Notes: generated by a model not told the origin, from the letters alone. Positions 18,203-28,816 are shown, numbered from the stretch's first letter. The stretch: 64,000 bases of DNA from Candidatus Cloacimonadales bacterium (GCA_963667035.1 OY762964.1:1568001-1632000); one strand, 5' to 3'. Numbers and translations are program-made.

Positions 18203-21200
18203 ATGCTTAAAAGAAAAGTAATCCCTGAAAACCATTTTCCGGAACAAGAGAAACGCAATGCAATTGAAATGATTACGCGTTTCTTTGTTTATATATTCAA
18301 GAATAGCCGTAATGTTACTGACAATGATATAAATCTACTATACAAGCTTCTTGAGAGTTTGTTCAATCAAGTTGATATTTCTTGGGAACTCTTCGTAGGT
18401 GAGATAATTGAGAAGGACTACGATTTAAGACCGATTGTGAAGTACCTGAGACGTAATCTGAATCTGATTGATAAAGTCAGGATTATCGGTAATCTTATTC
18501 TTATGCTGGATCAAGATTTAGCTAAGAGTGAAGAGAATAGACAATATTTAATAGAATACAGTGCTCAACTTGGCTTGGAAGAATCAGGGATTAGTAATTT
18601 TATCAATAGAACCGTCTCGAGTAACAATGAACTTGTTGAAATTCAGACTATTAATCCCCAATATGAGCTTAAGTACTCCTTGTTTACCGATTATATAACT
18701 CTTGGTTCAGGTAACCAAGCAAATGTCAGATTCAGAGACCACGATAAATATAGTGATATTGAGATTACTTTCCTTTTCATCGATAAAGATACTTTCGCTG
18801 TATGTGGTCCCGGAAGTCATGTTACCATTAATGGAAAACCATTTGAACCCGGTAAACTAATGATGCTTCCTCCAAATCTTGGAGTGACCGTTAAAGACCA
18901 GTTTATAAATCACGACATTATCAGTAAGCTATATGAGTTTAAAGATGTAAATGACGTTATCTCTTTCAAGAGAAACGACGCGGATTTTGTTCTAACGATT
19001 AATAGAATGAACTTCTCGGTTGAATTGAATAAAGGAATTGTTTACCATAACGGTCGTCAGTTATCTCAGAAAAAGGAACAAGATTTATATTTTGACGATA
19101 CACTGAGAATAAAGGGGTTAGATAGTTTTACACTACTTGATGTAATCAGAGAAAGAGGATCAATTGGTGTAGAAAGCCTTGATGCAAAAGAGCTTTATAT
19201 TAACTTCAACGACAATTACTTCTATCTTTCACAGTCGGAAACCAGCAGGTCAATCATATACTTTGAAGTTGAAGATGATAATATGGTTATGTACCAACCA
19301 AAGAAAGGTTGGAAAGTATTCTTAAACGGTAGACAGATAGATCATATCACTCATTTTAAACTTAACAAAGACATCATAACAATCAATAAAAGAAACTTTA
19401 GAATCAACTCCTACTATGACCTGATTGAAGTACCATTCAATATGAAGAGTGTCTCTGTTAGAGATATAAGACACGTATTTTCCGATGGTGTTACAGGCAT
19501 AGACAGTATATCATTCGATATTGAGGAAGGTGAGTTAGTCGGAATATTAGGACAATCAGGTTGCGGTAAATCCACCTTATTGAAAGCCTTAAGTGCTAAT
19601 ATTATCCCAACCGGCGGTATGGTAACAATTAATAATAAGAAGCTTTATAACAATGTAAACTATTTCTCTCCTCATATCGGTTATGTTCCTCAAGAAGAAT
19701 TACTTTTCCCGGACTTAACAGTTTATGAAAATCTTTACTACAGAGGCTCATTCCTTGTGCCAAAAATCAGTCGTGAGCATCTTGATAAGAAAATAGACAA
19801 CATCCTTCAACAAGTTAATCTGGTACATAAAAGAAACTCTAGAGTCGGTACTCCCAAGACAAAACTGTTATCCGGTGGGGAGAGAAAAAGGTTAAACCTA
19901 GGTCTTGAGCTTCTCTCGGAACCTTCGCTTATTATATGTGACGAACCGACCTCAGGGCTTTCGTTCAGCGATGCAGACCAAATTGTAACAATATTGAAAT
20001 CACTTACAGAACAAGGTAAGATAGTCATTTTGACCATTCATCAACCAAACTCTCGTATCTATAAAAAATTCAATAAAGTATTACTTATGGATATAGGTGG
20101 TGTTGAAGTCTTTTTTGGTAAACCCGCTAATTCATTCACTTACTTCAATTCGGAGTTAAAAAATCTGACCGTTAACAAGGAAGAAATTACCCTAAAGAAG
20201 GATGATAAGCAAGCAGACTATCCCTATGATATAATAACATATCCTGAATACTCATCCGATAACAGGATTGTTTACGAGCAAACAAACAAAAGTGTTACAA
20301 TCAAGCGTAAATACCCCCCTGAATATTGGCGAAACAAGTATAAGCGGAAACAGTTAGGCGAATTCTTTAACAAGAATGAGCAAATCACCAAAAACAACTC
20401 AATAGCTGATACGTCATATCGTATAAAAATGGATTTAAATCAGCATGTTAAACAAGTAGTAAATATATTCAGAAGAAATATTACTCTCAAATTGAGAAAT
20501 AAGACAAACCTAATGATAACATTCTTGCAAGCTCCAATCTTAGCTTTGATTGTTAGCTTTATCCTTAGATTAGCTCCGAATGACGCTTCTTACTCATATT
20601 ATGATAATGTGAACATAGGAATATTCTACTTTGTTTCCATAATCATCTTCATCTTCTTCGGGCTGTCCAACAGTCTTGAAGATATAGCATCCGAACGAAG
20701 AATGTTCTCTCGAGAGAAAAGTCTGAACATGAAAGTCAGTTATTACACACTCTCCAAGTTCGTAACTCTAGGTATTTTTACAGCAATACAGGCATTACTT
20801 TATCTTTTTATCTCAATTGTTATTCTTGAGATAAGAGGAGTTACGGGAATCTCTCTACTTTATCTGATTAGTGCGGGAATAAGCGGTTACTCAATTGGGC
20901 TGTTCATATCATGTTTTCTAAACGACAGTAAATCTATTATAAATATACTACCGTTGATATTGATCCCTCAGATTATATTTGCCGGAGCTATCATTGAATA
21001 CGAGAAGATGAATCGTAATCTCACTATCTCCAAGCATAATCCTATTCCTGAGATTGTACAGGTAATGCCATCCAGATGGTTGTTTGAAGGTATGGTAACA
21101 GGTATAGTAAAAAAGAATAGCTATAACAAGAATATGGAACGACTAAAACATGAGAGTAGTGAGTTGCTTAACGAGTACAAAACGGGATATATATCGAATT

Positions 21201-21475
21201 CGACTTATAAGGAAAGACTATATGAAAACTATGATGAGAAAGCTTTAGTTGCAAAAAGATTCTCAAGAAGTAAATACACCAATCGTTCTTTAGAGCTGTC
21301 AGTTAGCCTCATGGATGGCAGATTTATGAATACAAATAAGAATGTATTTCTTGCATCCTACAAAAAGTTATTTAACTTGACATTCAGAACCTTTAATTTC
21401 AACTTAATTGTTATTATGTTGTATGTTGGATTGGTTAATTTCTTAACCTTGATTAAACTTAAATATTATAAATAA
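18203..21475 (+). CDS. Large ABCG-type fused ABC transporter (N-terminal extension, ATPase, ABC-2 membrane domain)
   Basis: Walker A GQSGCGKS, signature LSGGE, Walker B IICDEPT, TIHQP, C-terminal TM helices. Confidence 0.88.
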   Translation: MLKRKVIPENHFPEQEKRNAIEMITRFFVYIFKNSRNVTDNDINLLYKLLESLFNQVDISWELFVGEIIEKDYDLRPIVKYLRRNLNLIDKVRIIGNLILMLDQDLAKSEENRQYLIEYSAQLGLEESGISNFINRTVSSNNELVEIQTINPQYELKYSLFTDYITLGSGNQANVRFRDHDKYSDIEITFLFIDKDTFAVCGPGSHVTINGKPFEPGKLMMLPPNLGVTVKDQFINHDIISKLYEFKDVNDVISFKRNDADFVLTINRMNFSVELNKGIVYHNGRQLSQKKEQDLYFDDTLRIKGLDSFTLLDVIRERGSIGVESLDAKELYINFNDNYFYLSQSETSRSIIYFEVEDDNMVMYQPKKGWKVFLNGRQIDHITHFKLNKDIITINKRNFRINSYYDLIEVPFNMKSVSVRDIRHVFSDGVTGIDSISFDIEEGELVGILGQSGCGKSTLLKALSANIIPTGGMVTINNKKLYNNVNYFSPHIGYVPQEELLFPDLTVYENLYYRGSFLVPKISREHLDKKIDNILQQVNLVHKRNSRVGTPKTKLLSGGERKRLNLGLELLSEPSLIICDEPTSGLSFSDADQIVTILKSLTEQGKIVILTIHQPNSRIYKKFNKVLLMDIGGVEVFFGKPANSFTYFNSELKNLTVNKEEITLKKDDKQADYPYDIITYPEYSSDNRIVYEQTNKSVTIKRKYPPEYWRNKYKRKQLGEFFNKNEQITKNNSIADTSYRIKMDLNQHVKQVVNIFRRNITLKLRNKTNLMITFLQAPILALIVSFILRLAPNDASYSYYDNVNIGIFYFVSIIIFIFFGLSNSLEDIASERRMFSREKSLNMKVSYYTLSKFVTLGIFTAIQALLYLFISIVILEIRGVTGISLLYLISAGISGYSIGLFISCFLNDSKSIINILPLILIPQIIFAGAIIEYEKMNRNLTISKHNPIPEIVQVMPSRWLFEGMVTGIVKKNSYNKNMERLKHESSELLNEYKTGYISNSTYKERLYENYDEKALVAKRFSRSKYTNRSLELSVSLMDGRFMNTNKNVFLASYKKLFNLTFRTFNFNLIVIMLYVGLVNFLTLIKLKYYK

Positions 21476-21496
21476 ACAAAGAAAAAGGGGAACCTG

Positions 21497-22294
21497 ATGA
21501 AAAAAACAGTAATCTGGATTGTTATGATAGCGTTGCTATCTGTGTCTGTTATTGGTTGTACTAAAAAGCAAAAAAAGCCACAGGGCACTCAAAACGTTAC
21601 TGTAGAGTGGAGAAATTTTCCGCTCCCTTCGTTTAAAGATTTACTGACAAAACTTGACTACCTGAAGAACACTGATTTCTCAAAGTCACTTCCTGAAGAT
21701 ATCTATACTGTTGAAGAGACAGTTTATCAAGCATCATTCGCTCTAGGCGTACTTACTGCCGATGCTATCTTAAGTGTTAAAGCAAGAAACAAAACCAATC
21801 TGATTGAAATCTCTCAAAACATGATCGAGTATTCAAATCTTGTTGGTATTGATGAACAGGTTCTAAAACTTGCTGATGAGTTAAAGGGCTACATTGAAGC
21901 TGAAGAATGGGCTAAACTTGAGACTTCTCTTGATAAGTATCAAACTAAAGTTCACGCTAACCTCTTCCAAGCTCAAAGATATGATGTATTCACTCTTATG
22001 CAACTTGGCGGATGGATGGAAGGACTTAACAGAATCTCCGATCTGCTTGTTAATAACTATCAGGAAGCCTACAGTAGTATAGTAGATCAGAAGGGTATTC
22101 TGAACTCACTTATTCAAAATATGCAGTTGATTGAAAATACTAAGATAACAGAAACTAATTATTACAAGATTAGCTCCACAAATCTCGGTCAAATCAAATC
22201 AATTATCTATAATTCGGAAGACACTAAGTATAGTAAAGAACAGCTTGTTGAACTTGAGAAGCTTACTACTGAAATACTTAAAGCTGTAAGATAA
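21497..22294 (+). CDS. Lipoprotein, helical, unknown function
   Basis: Lipobox VIGC; follows the ABC gene. Confidence 0.75.
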   Translation: MKKTVIWIVMIALLSVSVIGCTKKQKKPQGTQNVTVEWRNFPLPSFKDLLTKLDYLKNTDFSKSLPEDIYTVEETVYQASFALGVLTADAILSVKARNKTNLIEISQNMIEYSNLVGIDEQVLKLADELKGYIEAEEWAKLETSLDKYQTKVHANLFQAQRYDVFTLMQLGGWMEGLNRISDLLVNNYQEAYSSIVDQKGILNSLIQNMQLIENTKITETNYYKISSTNLGQIKSIIYNSEDTKYSKEQLVELEKLTTEILKAVR

Positions 22295-22304
22295 GATATA
22301 AGAG

Positions 22305-22394
22305 TTAAAAAGATTATGGCTTGTATAGAGATATACAAGCCATTTTTGTTTATAATCAGAATTACTTTATTTAAAGATGTCATCTCTAAAGGCA
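22305..22394. repeat. Direct repeat copy 1 (att-like): terminator plus duplicated 3' end of fetB
   Basis: About 90 bp matching 25923-26011; minus strand reads AFRDDIFK* versus ALRDDIFK* in fetB; hairpin ATGGCTTGTATA-gaga-TATACAAGCCAT. Confidence 0.9.
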
Positions 22395-22415
22395 AGATAG
22401 TACTCCTAAATTGAC

Positions 22416-22590
22416 TTTACTAAACTGATGTAAGTACAAAACATAATGACCAAGAGATAGACTTGGAGATATTACCCTTAACTATGTGATAAGTAATGCT
22501 CTCCCTATCAGAGCTATCCGAGAAGCTGTTGAGAATGAACTTCTGCCAGAAGTTACGAGATACCAGAGTTTGGATAGCTGGATTAGGTGA
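22416..22590 (+). pseudogene. Degenerate C-terminal remnant of the 12390-12842 family
   Basis: FTKLM*...QEIDL/DITLNYVISNALPIRAIREAVENELLPEVTRYQSLDSWIR* versus FTKMLY...ESVNLKTLTIEQIMNDDLPVRSIKEAIDNQLLPAVSRYQELNVLIV. Confidence 0.75.
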
Positions 22591-22761
22591 GATATCTTAG
22601 CAGTTAGAAGCAGAAGTGATTAGCCATGTGGTGCAAGTCCATGGCTCAATCCCAAATAATCTCTACACTAAATGGGGTGAACATGTTTAAGAAACTCAAA
22701 CAATTAGGAAAGAAGTTTCTTTTGTGAATCGAAAAAGTGATAACGGTGAATATATAATAAA

Positions 22762-23634
22762 TCAGTCTCCATGCATCTTGTATTTCTTTACAAGTTTCTT
22801 TAAGCCATCTTTTCCATACTCATATATGTACTTACCGTCACCAGGACTCCACTCTCCATCACAAAAGAAAGAAAGAATTTTAGTTGCATTACCTAAAATC
22901 CCACATGTATACTGCTCAGTATCATCGACTAAGCTCTTACACGCTTTCCTCCTTTCTTCATGACAATAAATTACCGCTTCAATTATTCTAGTTATTTTTT
23001 CTTCTCCCCACAAATCATTATTATATGGTAAAGTTGTATTCCGTGCAATTACTTTTTTTTCTGATAAAGTAGAGATAATGAAATCTAAATAGTTCATTAC
23101 TTGTTTAATTATACTTAATACAAACTCTTTATCACATATATAAAACCTACCTGTTTCATTATCGATTACAACATGCTTATACTTTTTTAGTATCTGAAAA
23201 AGCGTACTTTTATCAATACTTGAATCATTACTAAAGGTAATTCTTGAGTTATTGTGGACTATTGCATTTCTAATCTTTTGAAACTCTTTTATTCTTCTCC
23301 ATTCATTTGATACTGGTTCTAGATTTATCTCTGCAACTTTATCAAAATAGATTCGACTCTTTTCGATGTAGTTGTTTCCGGCTAAATCTTTTACTTTTAA
23401 CGTCGTGAAACCTCTATATTGATCTGCATTGCATAATTTCTTTAACCCATCTTCTATTGTGCTAAAGACAGCAACGAGTAATGTATGATAATGTAATTGC
23501 TTATACACATTAACATTGTCGGTTTCTTTATATTGCTTTTCAAATTCTACATTTATTTTTGGTTCCATTAATTCTATGTAATCAATAATGCTCGTCAATC
23601 TATCCTTAATAGACTTCTGAATCATATAAAACAT
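22762..23634 (-). CDS. Hypothetical protein with HEPN-like RxxxxH motif
   Basis: KIRNAIVHN, preceded by an acidic helix (FSTIED). Confidence 0.55.
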   Translation of the reverse strand: MFYMIQKSIKDRLTSIIDYIELMEPKINVEFEKQYKETDNVNVYKQLHYHTLLVAVFSTIEDGLKKLCNADQYRGFTTLKVKDLAGNNYIEKSRIYFDKVAEINLEPVSNEWRRIKEFQKIRNAIVHNNSRITFSNDSSIDKSTLFQILKKYKHVVIDNETGRFYICDKEFVLSIIKQVMNYLDFIISTLSEKKVIARNTTLPYNNDLWGEEKITRIIEAVIYCHEERRKACKSLVDDTEQYTCGILGNATKILSFFCDGEWSPGDGKYIYEYGKDGLKKLVKKYKMHGD

Positions 23635-23720
23635 AACCTACTCCTTTAGTTTTTCTAAATCACCGTTTAACTTGTGGATATATTTATTTACAAGTTTTGT
23701 TTTGTTATCTTTCTCTAATT

Positions 23721-24392
23721 CTACAATTCTGGTTTTAGACAATTATCCATCGCAATGATAGTAACTTCAAAACCTTCATAAAATTTCAGAAATAATAACT
23801 TATCATTAAAGTTTTTACTATCGACACTGTAAAAACAATAAGTAAAGACCTTAGGGTTGTTACCTTTATAGTCGTCTAAGTCCAACTTGTTTTTAATATC
23901 TAAGAAATGTTGACTTCCACTATCTATTGTCAGATCTTTATAATATAGAAATTCAGTTACAATCTCTAATTTACTAAACCAAGTTCTCCCAAATTCTTTG
24001 TAAAACAAAGCGTATCCGATTTCCTTAAAAGTTCTATCTAATCTTTCTCTATCAATTTCAATTCGTAAAGATGGTTCATAAATCGGTCCCGCTTTCACAT
24101 ACACTCTTGTGGGATTATTAATTATTTCATTAAAGTACTTATTGCTTTTTATAAGAGATTTGTATGTTTTATCAAGGAATTTATTATGTGCTAGATTATT
24201 ATTCCCATGTGATAAAGCAATTGTATCTCTAGCATAATCGTCATCTGAAGAGGTATCAATATTATGTTCATGACATGATGAAACTGTTATCAAATTTTTA
24301 CGATATTGAGCTTCAGTTGGAAAGAAACATTTGGGAGGGACATGTTCTTTTGAAGTTGCGGTTTGATTACATAAATAGCATTTCTTTTTCAT
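23721..24392 (-). CDS. HNH endonuclease-like protein
   Basis: CYLC...SKEHVPP...VSSCHEHN at the N-terminus. Confidence 0.65.
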   Translation of the reverse strand: MKKKCYLCNQTATSKEHVPPKCFFPTEAQYRKNLITVSSCHEHNIDTSSDDDYARDTIALSHGNNNLAHNKFLDKTYKSLIKSNKYFNEIINNPTRVYVKAGPIYEPSLRIEIDRERLDRTFKEIGYALFYKEFGRTWFSKLEIVTEFLYYKDLTIDSGSQHFLDIKNKLDLDDYKGNNPKVFTYCFYSVDSKNFNDKLLFLKFYEGFEVTIIAMDNCLKPEL

Positions 24393-24444
24393 CTAATATC
24401 TCTTATTGATACTCTCTTTCTGCATGTTACTTTTTTAAAAATTG

Positions 24445-25275
24445 TCATACCCAAGTATTTACGATTTCTAAAGGCTTATTACTAATTTTTCTATTGAATA
24501 GTATTCGTTTGTGAGGGAATTTATCCTTACCTGATTTAAGGCAACAATTCTTATATTTTTGATTACTGTTACATGGACAAATATCATTCCTCCCAATATT
24601 TTTATATTCTGGTTTAGTCTCTAAAACTGTGCTTATATCCCATTTCTCGAATGGATCATTTAACTCACTCATAAGCATTTCTAAGCCTTTATAATTATAC
24701 TCCATTTCTTCTTTTGCTGGCATAAGTACAGCATACTTATCAAAAGGATTCTCAACAATTACGAACCCGATAACCTCTAAATCCATTACTTCTGAACCGC
24801 ACAACTCACCATTATAGATATCTCCAACAACATGCTGGCAATTCTCCCAGATAGATCTTTCTTGCTTACATATAGAGCAAATTCTCTTTTTTACAATAGC
24901 TTCTCGACTAAAAAAATGTACATAAGGGAAAAGTTCTTGGAATTTGTGTACTTGGTCGGATATCAATTGAATCTGGAAATCATTGCTAGTAATATCAAAG
25001 TGTTTCACAAGAAAGCTAATTTTAATATCAATCTGGTTAAAAGTATTCCAAGCTTGAAAGTAGTTTTTTGAATAAAGACCTTGAAACGCATCCATATAAC
25101 CATTGTTTATGCTGCAAATTGTTTCTAGAATCCATATTTTTTTAGCAATGTCTTGATTGTCTTCTTTAATTGCTTCAATTTTTAAATCGGCAAGTTTATC
25201 TATGATTGTTTTATTGAATCTGCAGGATTTATTTGACTTCATTAGATTGAATAACTCAACATATTTTTTTATCAT
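24445..25275 (-). CDS. SEC-C metal-binding motif protein
   Basis: IGRNDICPCNSNQKYKNCC; additional CSIC...CQH motif. Confidence 0.75.
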   Translation of the reverse strand: MIKKYVELFNLMKSNKSCRFNKTIIDKLADLKIEAIKEDNQDIAKKIWILETICSINNGYMDAFQGLYSKNYFQAWNTFNQIDIKISFLVKHFDITSNDFQIQLISDQVHKFQELFPYVHFFSREAIVKKRICSICKQERSIWENCQHVVGDIYNGELCGSEVMDLEVIGFVIVENPFDKYAVLMPAKEEMEYNYKGLEMLMSELNDPFEKWDISTVLETKPEYKNIGRNDICPCNSNQKYKNCCLKSGKDKFPHKRILFNRKISNKPLEIVNTWV

Positions 25276-25339
25276 AATGCTCCAGAATAGTAGTAAATGA
25301 AGTGTTTATTTTGTGAAAGACCTTCAGTGTGACCTGTAA

Positions 25340-25852
25340 TTAGCCACTAATAATATTTTCATTGATGGACTTCATTGTTTTTTCGAAATCTTCAGTAGGT
25401 CCATTATAAGAAATCTTCTTTGTCTCTCCATGTTTTTCAACATGTATATCTACATGAAGATTGACACTTTTTCTTCTCCTAAATGTATATTCTACAGTGA
25501 AACTTACAATCATCTTGATTATTTCCTGAAAAAAATAATCTTGGACTAGAATTGATGCAAGATTTAAGAATTCACCATGCAGTTCTAACTCTCTATAACT
25601 TTCCTTTGTTATGCATATTGAGGTCTTACAAGCAAGCACATTTTCTTGCAGAAATCTAAAAAAGCTAGTGGTATGAGCAGGGAATAATGGACCCTGATAA
25701 TCTTTCCAAGATTCAGTAGGTATAAGTAATATGCCTGAATTCTGGATTTCTTTAGATAAATCTTCAGGATAGTAATCTTTATCCTGAATCGATTTTAATG
25801 AAACATCAGAATCAGTAATTTCAAATAATGGGTTTCTCTCAAATCCATGCAT
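25340..25852 (-). CDS. Hypothetical protein
   Basis: 170-aa ORF with RBS AGAGG, co-oriented in the island. Confidence 0.65.
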   Translation of the reverse strand: MHGFERNPLFEITDSDVSLKSIQDKDYYPEDLSKEIQNSGILLIPTESWKDYQGPLFPAHTTSFFRFLQENVLACKTSICITKESYRELELHGEFLNLASILVQDYFFQEIIKMIVSFTVEYTFRRRKSVNLHVDIHVEKHGETKKISYNGPTEDFEKTMKSINENIISG

Positions 25853-25922
25853 AAATACCTCTTTTTCTTCTTTTAATACATTTTCATGCTATTTGAAAAA
25901 CATGTCAATAAAAACTATTTAA

Positions 25923-26011
25923 TTAAAAGATTATGGCTTGTATAGAGATATACAAGCCATTTTTGTTTATAATCCGAAATACTTTATTTAAAGATATCAT
26001 CTCTGAGGGCA
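25923..26011. repeat. Direct repeat copy 2 (att-like), overlapping the fetB stop and terminator
   Basis: Matches 22305-22394. Confidence 0.9.
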
Positions 26012-26769
26012 TCAAACCTGTTGAAAGAAATTCTCCTTACCATCTTGATAAGAATATAAGTTGATAATGACATAGTAGAGAAGATAGCAATCATTATTGC
26101 AATTTGATACTTAATGGCAGTCGTAGGTATAGATCCTCCCAGTATCTGTCCTGTCATCATACCGGGTAAAGAAACAAGCCCGATAGTAGCCATTGAGGCA
26201 ATTGTTGGCTCCAAAGCTGTTCTCATGCTCTCTACAACTATATCCTTTAAAGCCTCAGCTCTTGATGCACCTAAAGAAAGGGCAAAATAGTATTCCTGTT
26301 CTCTATTTTTAAAATAGTTTAGGAAGGTTCTGGTAGCAAGTATGTTAGCTCGCATAGTGTTACCCAATAGCATGCCTGCAATCGGGATAAGATATTTAGC
26401 CGAGAACAGGCTATCAAGTCTGACTATGAGAGTTGTAAAGTAGAGTGTGTTCAGCAATAGCGGTATACTTATTGATATAAGGATTGGCAACAAGAAATAC
26501 TTAATCTTCAAAGAGTTTGAATTAATTACCGTTATTGTCGACACTACACTCATAACCAATAACCATCCGATATTCACATAAACGCTATCAAGTATAAACA
26601 GATATTTCAAATAGAAACCTATTAATGACAACTGAACAATCATCCTACTAACTGATAATAGGACTTTAGCCGTCACCTTTAACTTAGAGACTGTAACTAT
26701 TATTAAAGGAACAATCAATAAAAGCAGAGTAAATAGTATTGAAGTGAAACCTAAATCTTTTGCACCCAT
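25984..26769 (-). CDS. fetB: UPF0014/FetB (YbbM) ABC permease
   Basis: RMIVQL, IPIAGMLLGN, GLVSLPGMMTGQILGG, AIKYQI. Confidence 0.9.
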   Translation of the reverse strand: MGAKDLGFTSILFTLLLLIVPLIIVTVSKLKVTAKVLLSVSRMIVQLSLIGFYLKYLFILDSVYVNIGWLLVMSVVSTITVINSNSLKIKYFLLPILISISIPLLLNTLYFTTLIVRLDSLFSAKYLIPIAGMLLGNTMRANILATRTFLNYFKNREQEYYFALSLGASRAEALKDIVVESMRTALEPTIASMATIGLVSLPGMMTGQILGGSIPTTAIKYQIAIMIAIFSTMSLSTYILIKMVRRISFNRFDALRDDIFK

Positions 26770-26771
26770 AA

Positions 26772-27383
26772 TCACCACCTCACCTTTCTAAAACTCTGTA
26801 GATTCCAAACCTCATCATGCGAGACAATTATAACAGTATTAGGTAACGATATGAAGTAATCCTTGATAATTGATTTCAATTCTATGTTCAATGCGGATGT
26901 AACCTCATCCAGCAAATAATATTCCCGCTTTAGCAGTCGCATTAATATGATTCCCAGTCTTTGCTTTTCACCACCTGACAACTCATTAGTTTTTCTAAGC
27001 AATATCGCTTTATCAAGGGATAACTCGTTGAAAAGCTCTTCTATCTCTTGCCTGTCATATTTCAAATGTTGGTTAGCATTGTATTTCAACACTCCGGTAA
27101 TTACATCTTCAACTTTACCTGATGGAAAAGAAATGTTTTGAGGAAGATATGCAAACTTATGTCTGATTCTTTTAACAGTATCTTGATTAAGAACATCACC
27201 GTCAATGATCACTTCGCCTGAATCCGGTTGCTTAAATCCCATAAGGATTTTAAGAAGTGAGGTCTTCCCCGTTCCCGATTCCATGTTAAGAAGAATCTTC
27301 TCCCCATTATCTATCTTGAAACTCAACTCATTGAAGACTTTCTTATCATCATATTCCAGATTTATGTTTTTAACTTCTATCAA
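26772..27383 (-). CDS. ABC transporter ATP-binding protein (FetA/YbbL-like)
   Basis: SGTGKT, LSGGEKQR, LLDE, VSHD. Confidence 0.85.
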   Translation of the reverse strand: MIEVKNINLEYDDKKVFNELSFKIDNGEKILLNMESGTGKTSLLKILMGFKQPDSGEVIIDGDVLNQDTVKRIRHKFAYLPQNISFPSGKVEDVITGVLKYNANQHLKYDRQEIEELFNELSLDKAILLRKTNELSGGEKQRLGIILMRLLKREYYLLDEVTSALNIELKSIIKDYFISLPNTVIIVSHDEVWNLQSFRKVRW

Positions 27384-27635
27384 TTAATCGCCTTCATCAA
27401 GTATTTTAGCAAGAGTATCTCTGTGTTCCTTGCTAAGCTCATGCCATCTAACACCATGTTTGGCTCCTTCAATGGCAAAAAGTTTGCTCTTACAAACGGA
27501 ATAACCCTTATTCTTGAGCATATATACTATTTTCTCAATAGGTAGCTCCATAAATGTGTTAGTGCTATCAATACCTGAATCTGATAGTTCATCCGCAAGT
27601 TTCTTCCCAATGTTAGGTAAATCTGTTAACTTCAT
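27384..27635 (-). CDS. TfoX C-terminal domain protein
   Basis: LTDLPNIG...L...GI...AIEGA..G.RWH; start ATG 27635 after AGAGG. Confidence 0.85.
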   Translation of the reverse strand: MKLTDLPNIGKKLADELSDSGIDSTNTFMELPIEKIVYMLKNKGYSVCKSKLFAIEGAKHGVRWHELSKEHRDTLAKILDEGD

Positions 27636-27975
27636 AATACCTCTTTTAGCATGCATATTATTTTTTTAAACTATAGATACTCATGGTTGTCAAGTATGAT
27701 TAATGATTATCATGCATCCCCTGTTCTTTCTTAATGCCATGACATCATTAACATCTCTTGATACTTATTACAAAGTATGAGTCTCCTATCTCTGAATAGT
27801 TCATTAACTACTGATGCAAGTCGACTAATAAACAAACTTAGGCAAACTTGACGACTTCTCTTTGTCAAAGACTACATAACTAAACAATTATCAATTAAGA
27901 AGTTATATTTTAAAGCACCGGTCATGTTTGCTTCATTTGTCTCCCGAACGTGACCAATATAGTACTTACTTTGGG

Positions 27976-28803
27976 TTACAAGAGAACCGGATTTATCTTT
28001 ACATCCTCGTTTTGAATAGCCCTAGCATATTTCCTTGCCGGCTTTCCAAAGATAAGTGCCGCCTCTACCACATGGTCCTCAGGTATCCCGATTATCTGTT
28101 TTACTTCCGGAGCAATACTATTAAGCATATACAGGGCAAATCCATCCCATAGTGTTCCAAATCCATGACTATTGGCTAGCAACTCAAAATAACTCATTGC
28201 AATGCAACTATCAGTCTGAGGAGATGAACAGTCTTTGGACGCAGAAGTTATCAGCATATGTGGTGCATCTCTGAAAATGATATCAATCCCTTTATTAAAC
28301 CACATCTCTTGGAAGTTATTGAAGTATAGAAGTGATTCGGGGACTTTTTGGTTTTCACAAGCTTCTTTAACATGATTGTAAACTAGCTTTCTTAGCTTAT
28401 TCATCTCTTCTCTATTATCCACGACAGTGAATAGTACAGCATTATCATTTTTTGCAGTAGGTGCATAGGACGCAGTTGTGACTAATTCATGGATTAATGC
28501 TTTATCCACATCTTCCTTCTTGAATTTGCGGATTGATCTTCTGGTTTTAATCAGGCGTTCCATCTCGTCTGGTTTGGGTATAACATCTGAAGAAAGTAGG
28601 CTATTCTCAGGTACTTTTCCCAAAATGGAGATTGCTCCGGTGGGGCAGATTGCCAGGCAATGCTGACATCTCAAGCAGTTACCTTCTTTCCCTTCTTTGA
28701 TTGTAGGAAACTCAGTTTTGTTATTAATAATCAAGGTAGGACAATCAGCACTGCATAGTCCGCATTTTATACATTTGTTTGTATCTACTTTAAAGTTAAT
28801 CAT
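27976..28803 (-). CDS. Nitroreductase family protein with N-terminal 2x[4Fe-4S] ferredoxin
   Basis: CIKCGLCSADCP, CLRCQHCLAICP, RRSIR, APTAKN; start ATG 28803. Confidence 0.92.
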   Translation of the reverse strand: MINFKVDTNKCIKCGLCSADCPTLIINNKTEFPTIKEGKEGNCLRCQHCLAICPTGAISILGKVPENSLLSSDVIPKPDEMERLIKTRRSIRKFKKEDVDKALIHELVTTASYAPTAKNDNAVLFTVVDNREEMNKLRKLVYNHVKEACENQKVPESLLYFNNFQEMWFNKGIDIIFRDAPHMLITSASKDCSSPQTDSCIAMSYFELLANSHGFGTLWDGFALYMLNSIAPEVKQIIGIPEDHVVEAALIFGKPARKYARAIQNEDVKINPVLL

Positions 28804-28816
28804 TTCTTTCTCCAAT

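Larger units (their letters stand above)
22395..25922. mobile_element. Small genomic island/islet at the fetB 3' end; no integrase seen
   Basis: Bounded by the 90-bp direct repeat; visibly AT-rich; four co-oriented hypothetical genes plus a remnant. Confidence 0.65.

Noticed and set aside
23640..23715. attC-like site (TAAC...GTTAAAC on the minus strand) between island genes
   Set aside because: Too short and degenerate, and not repeated at the other gene junctions
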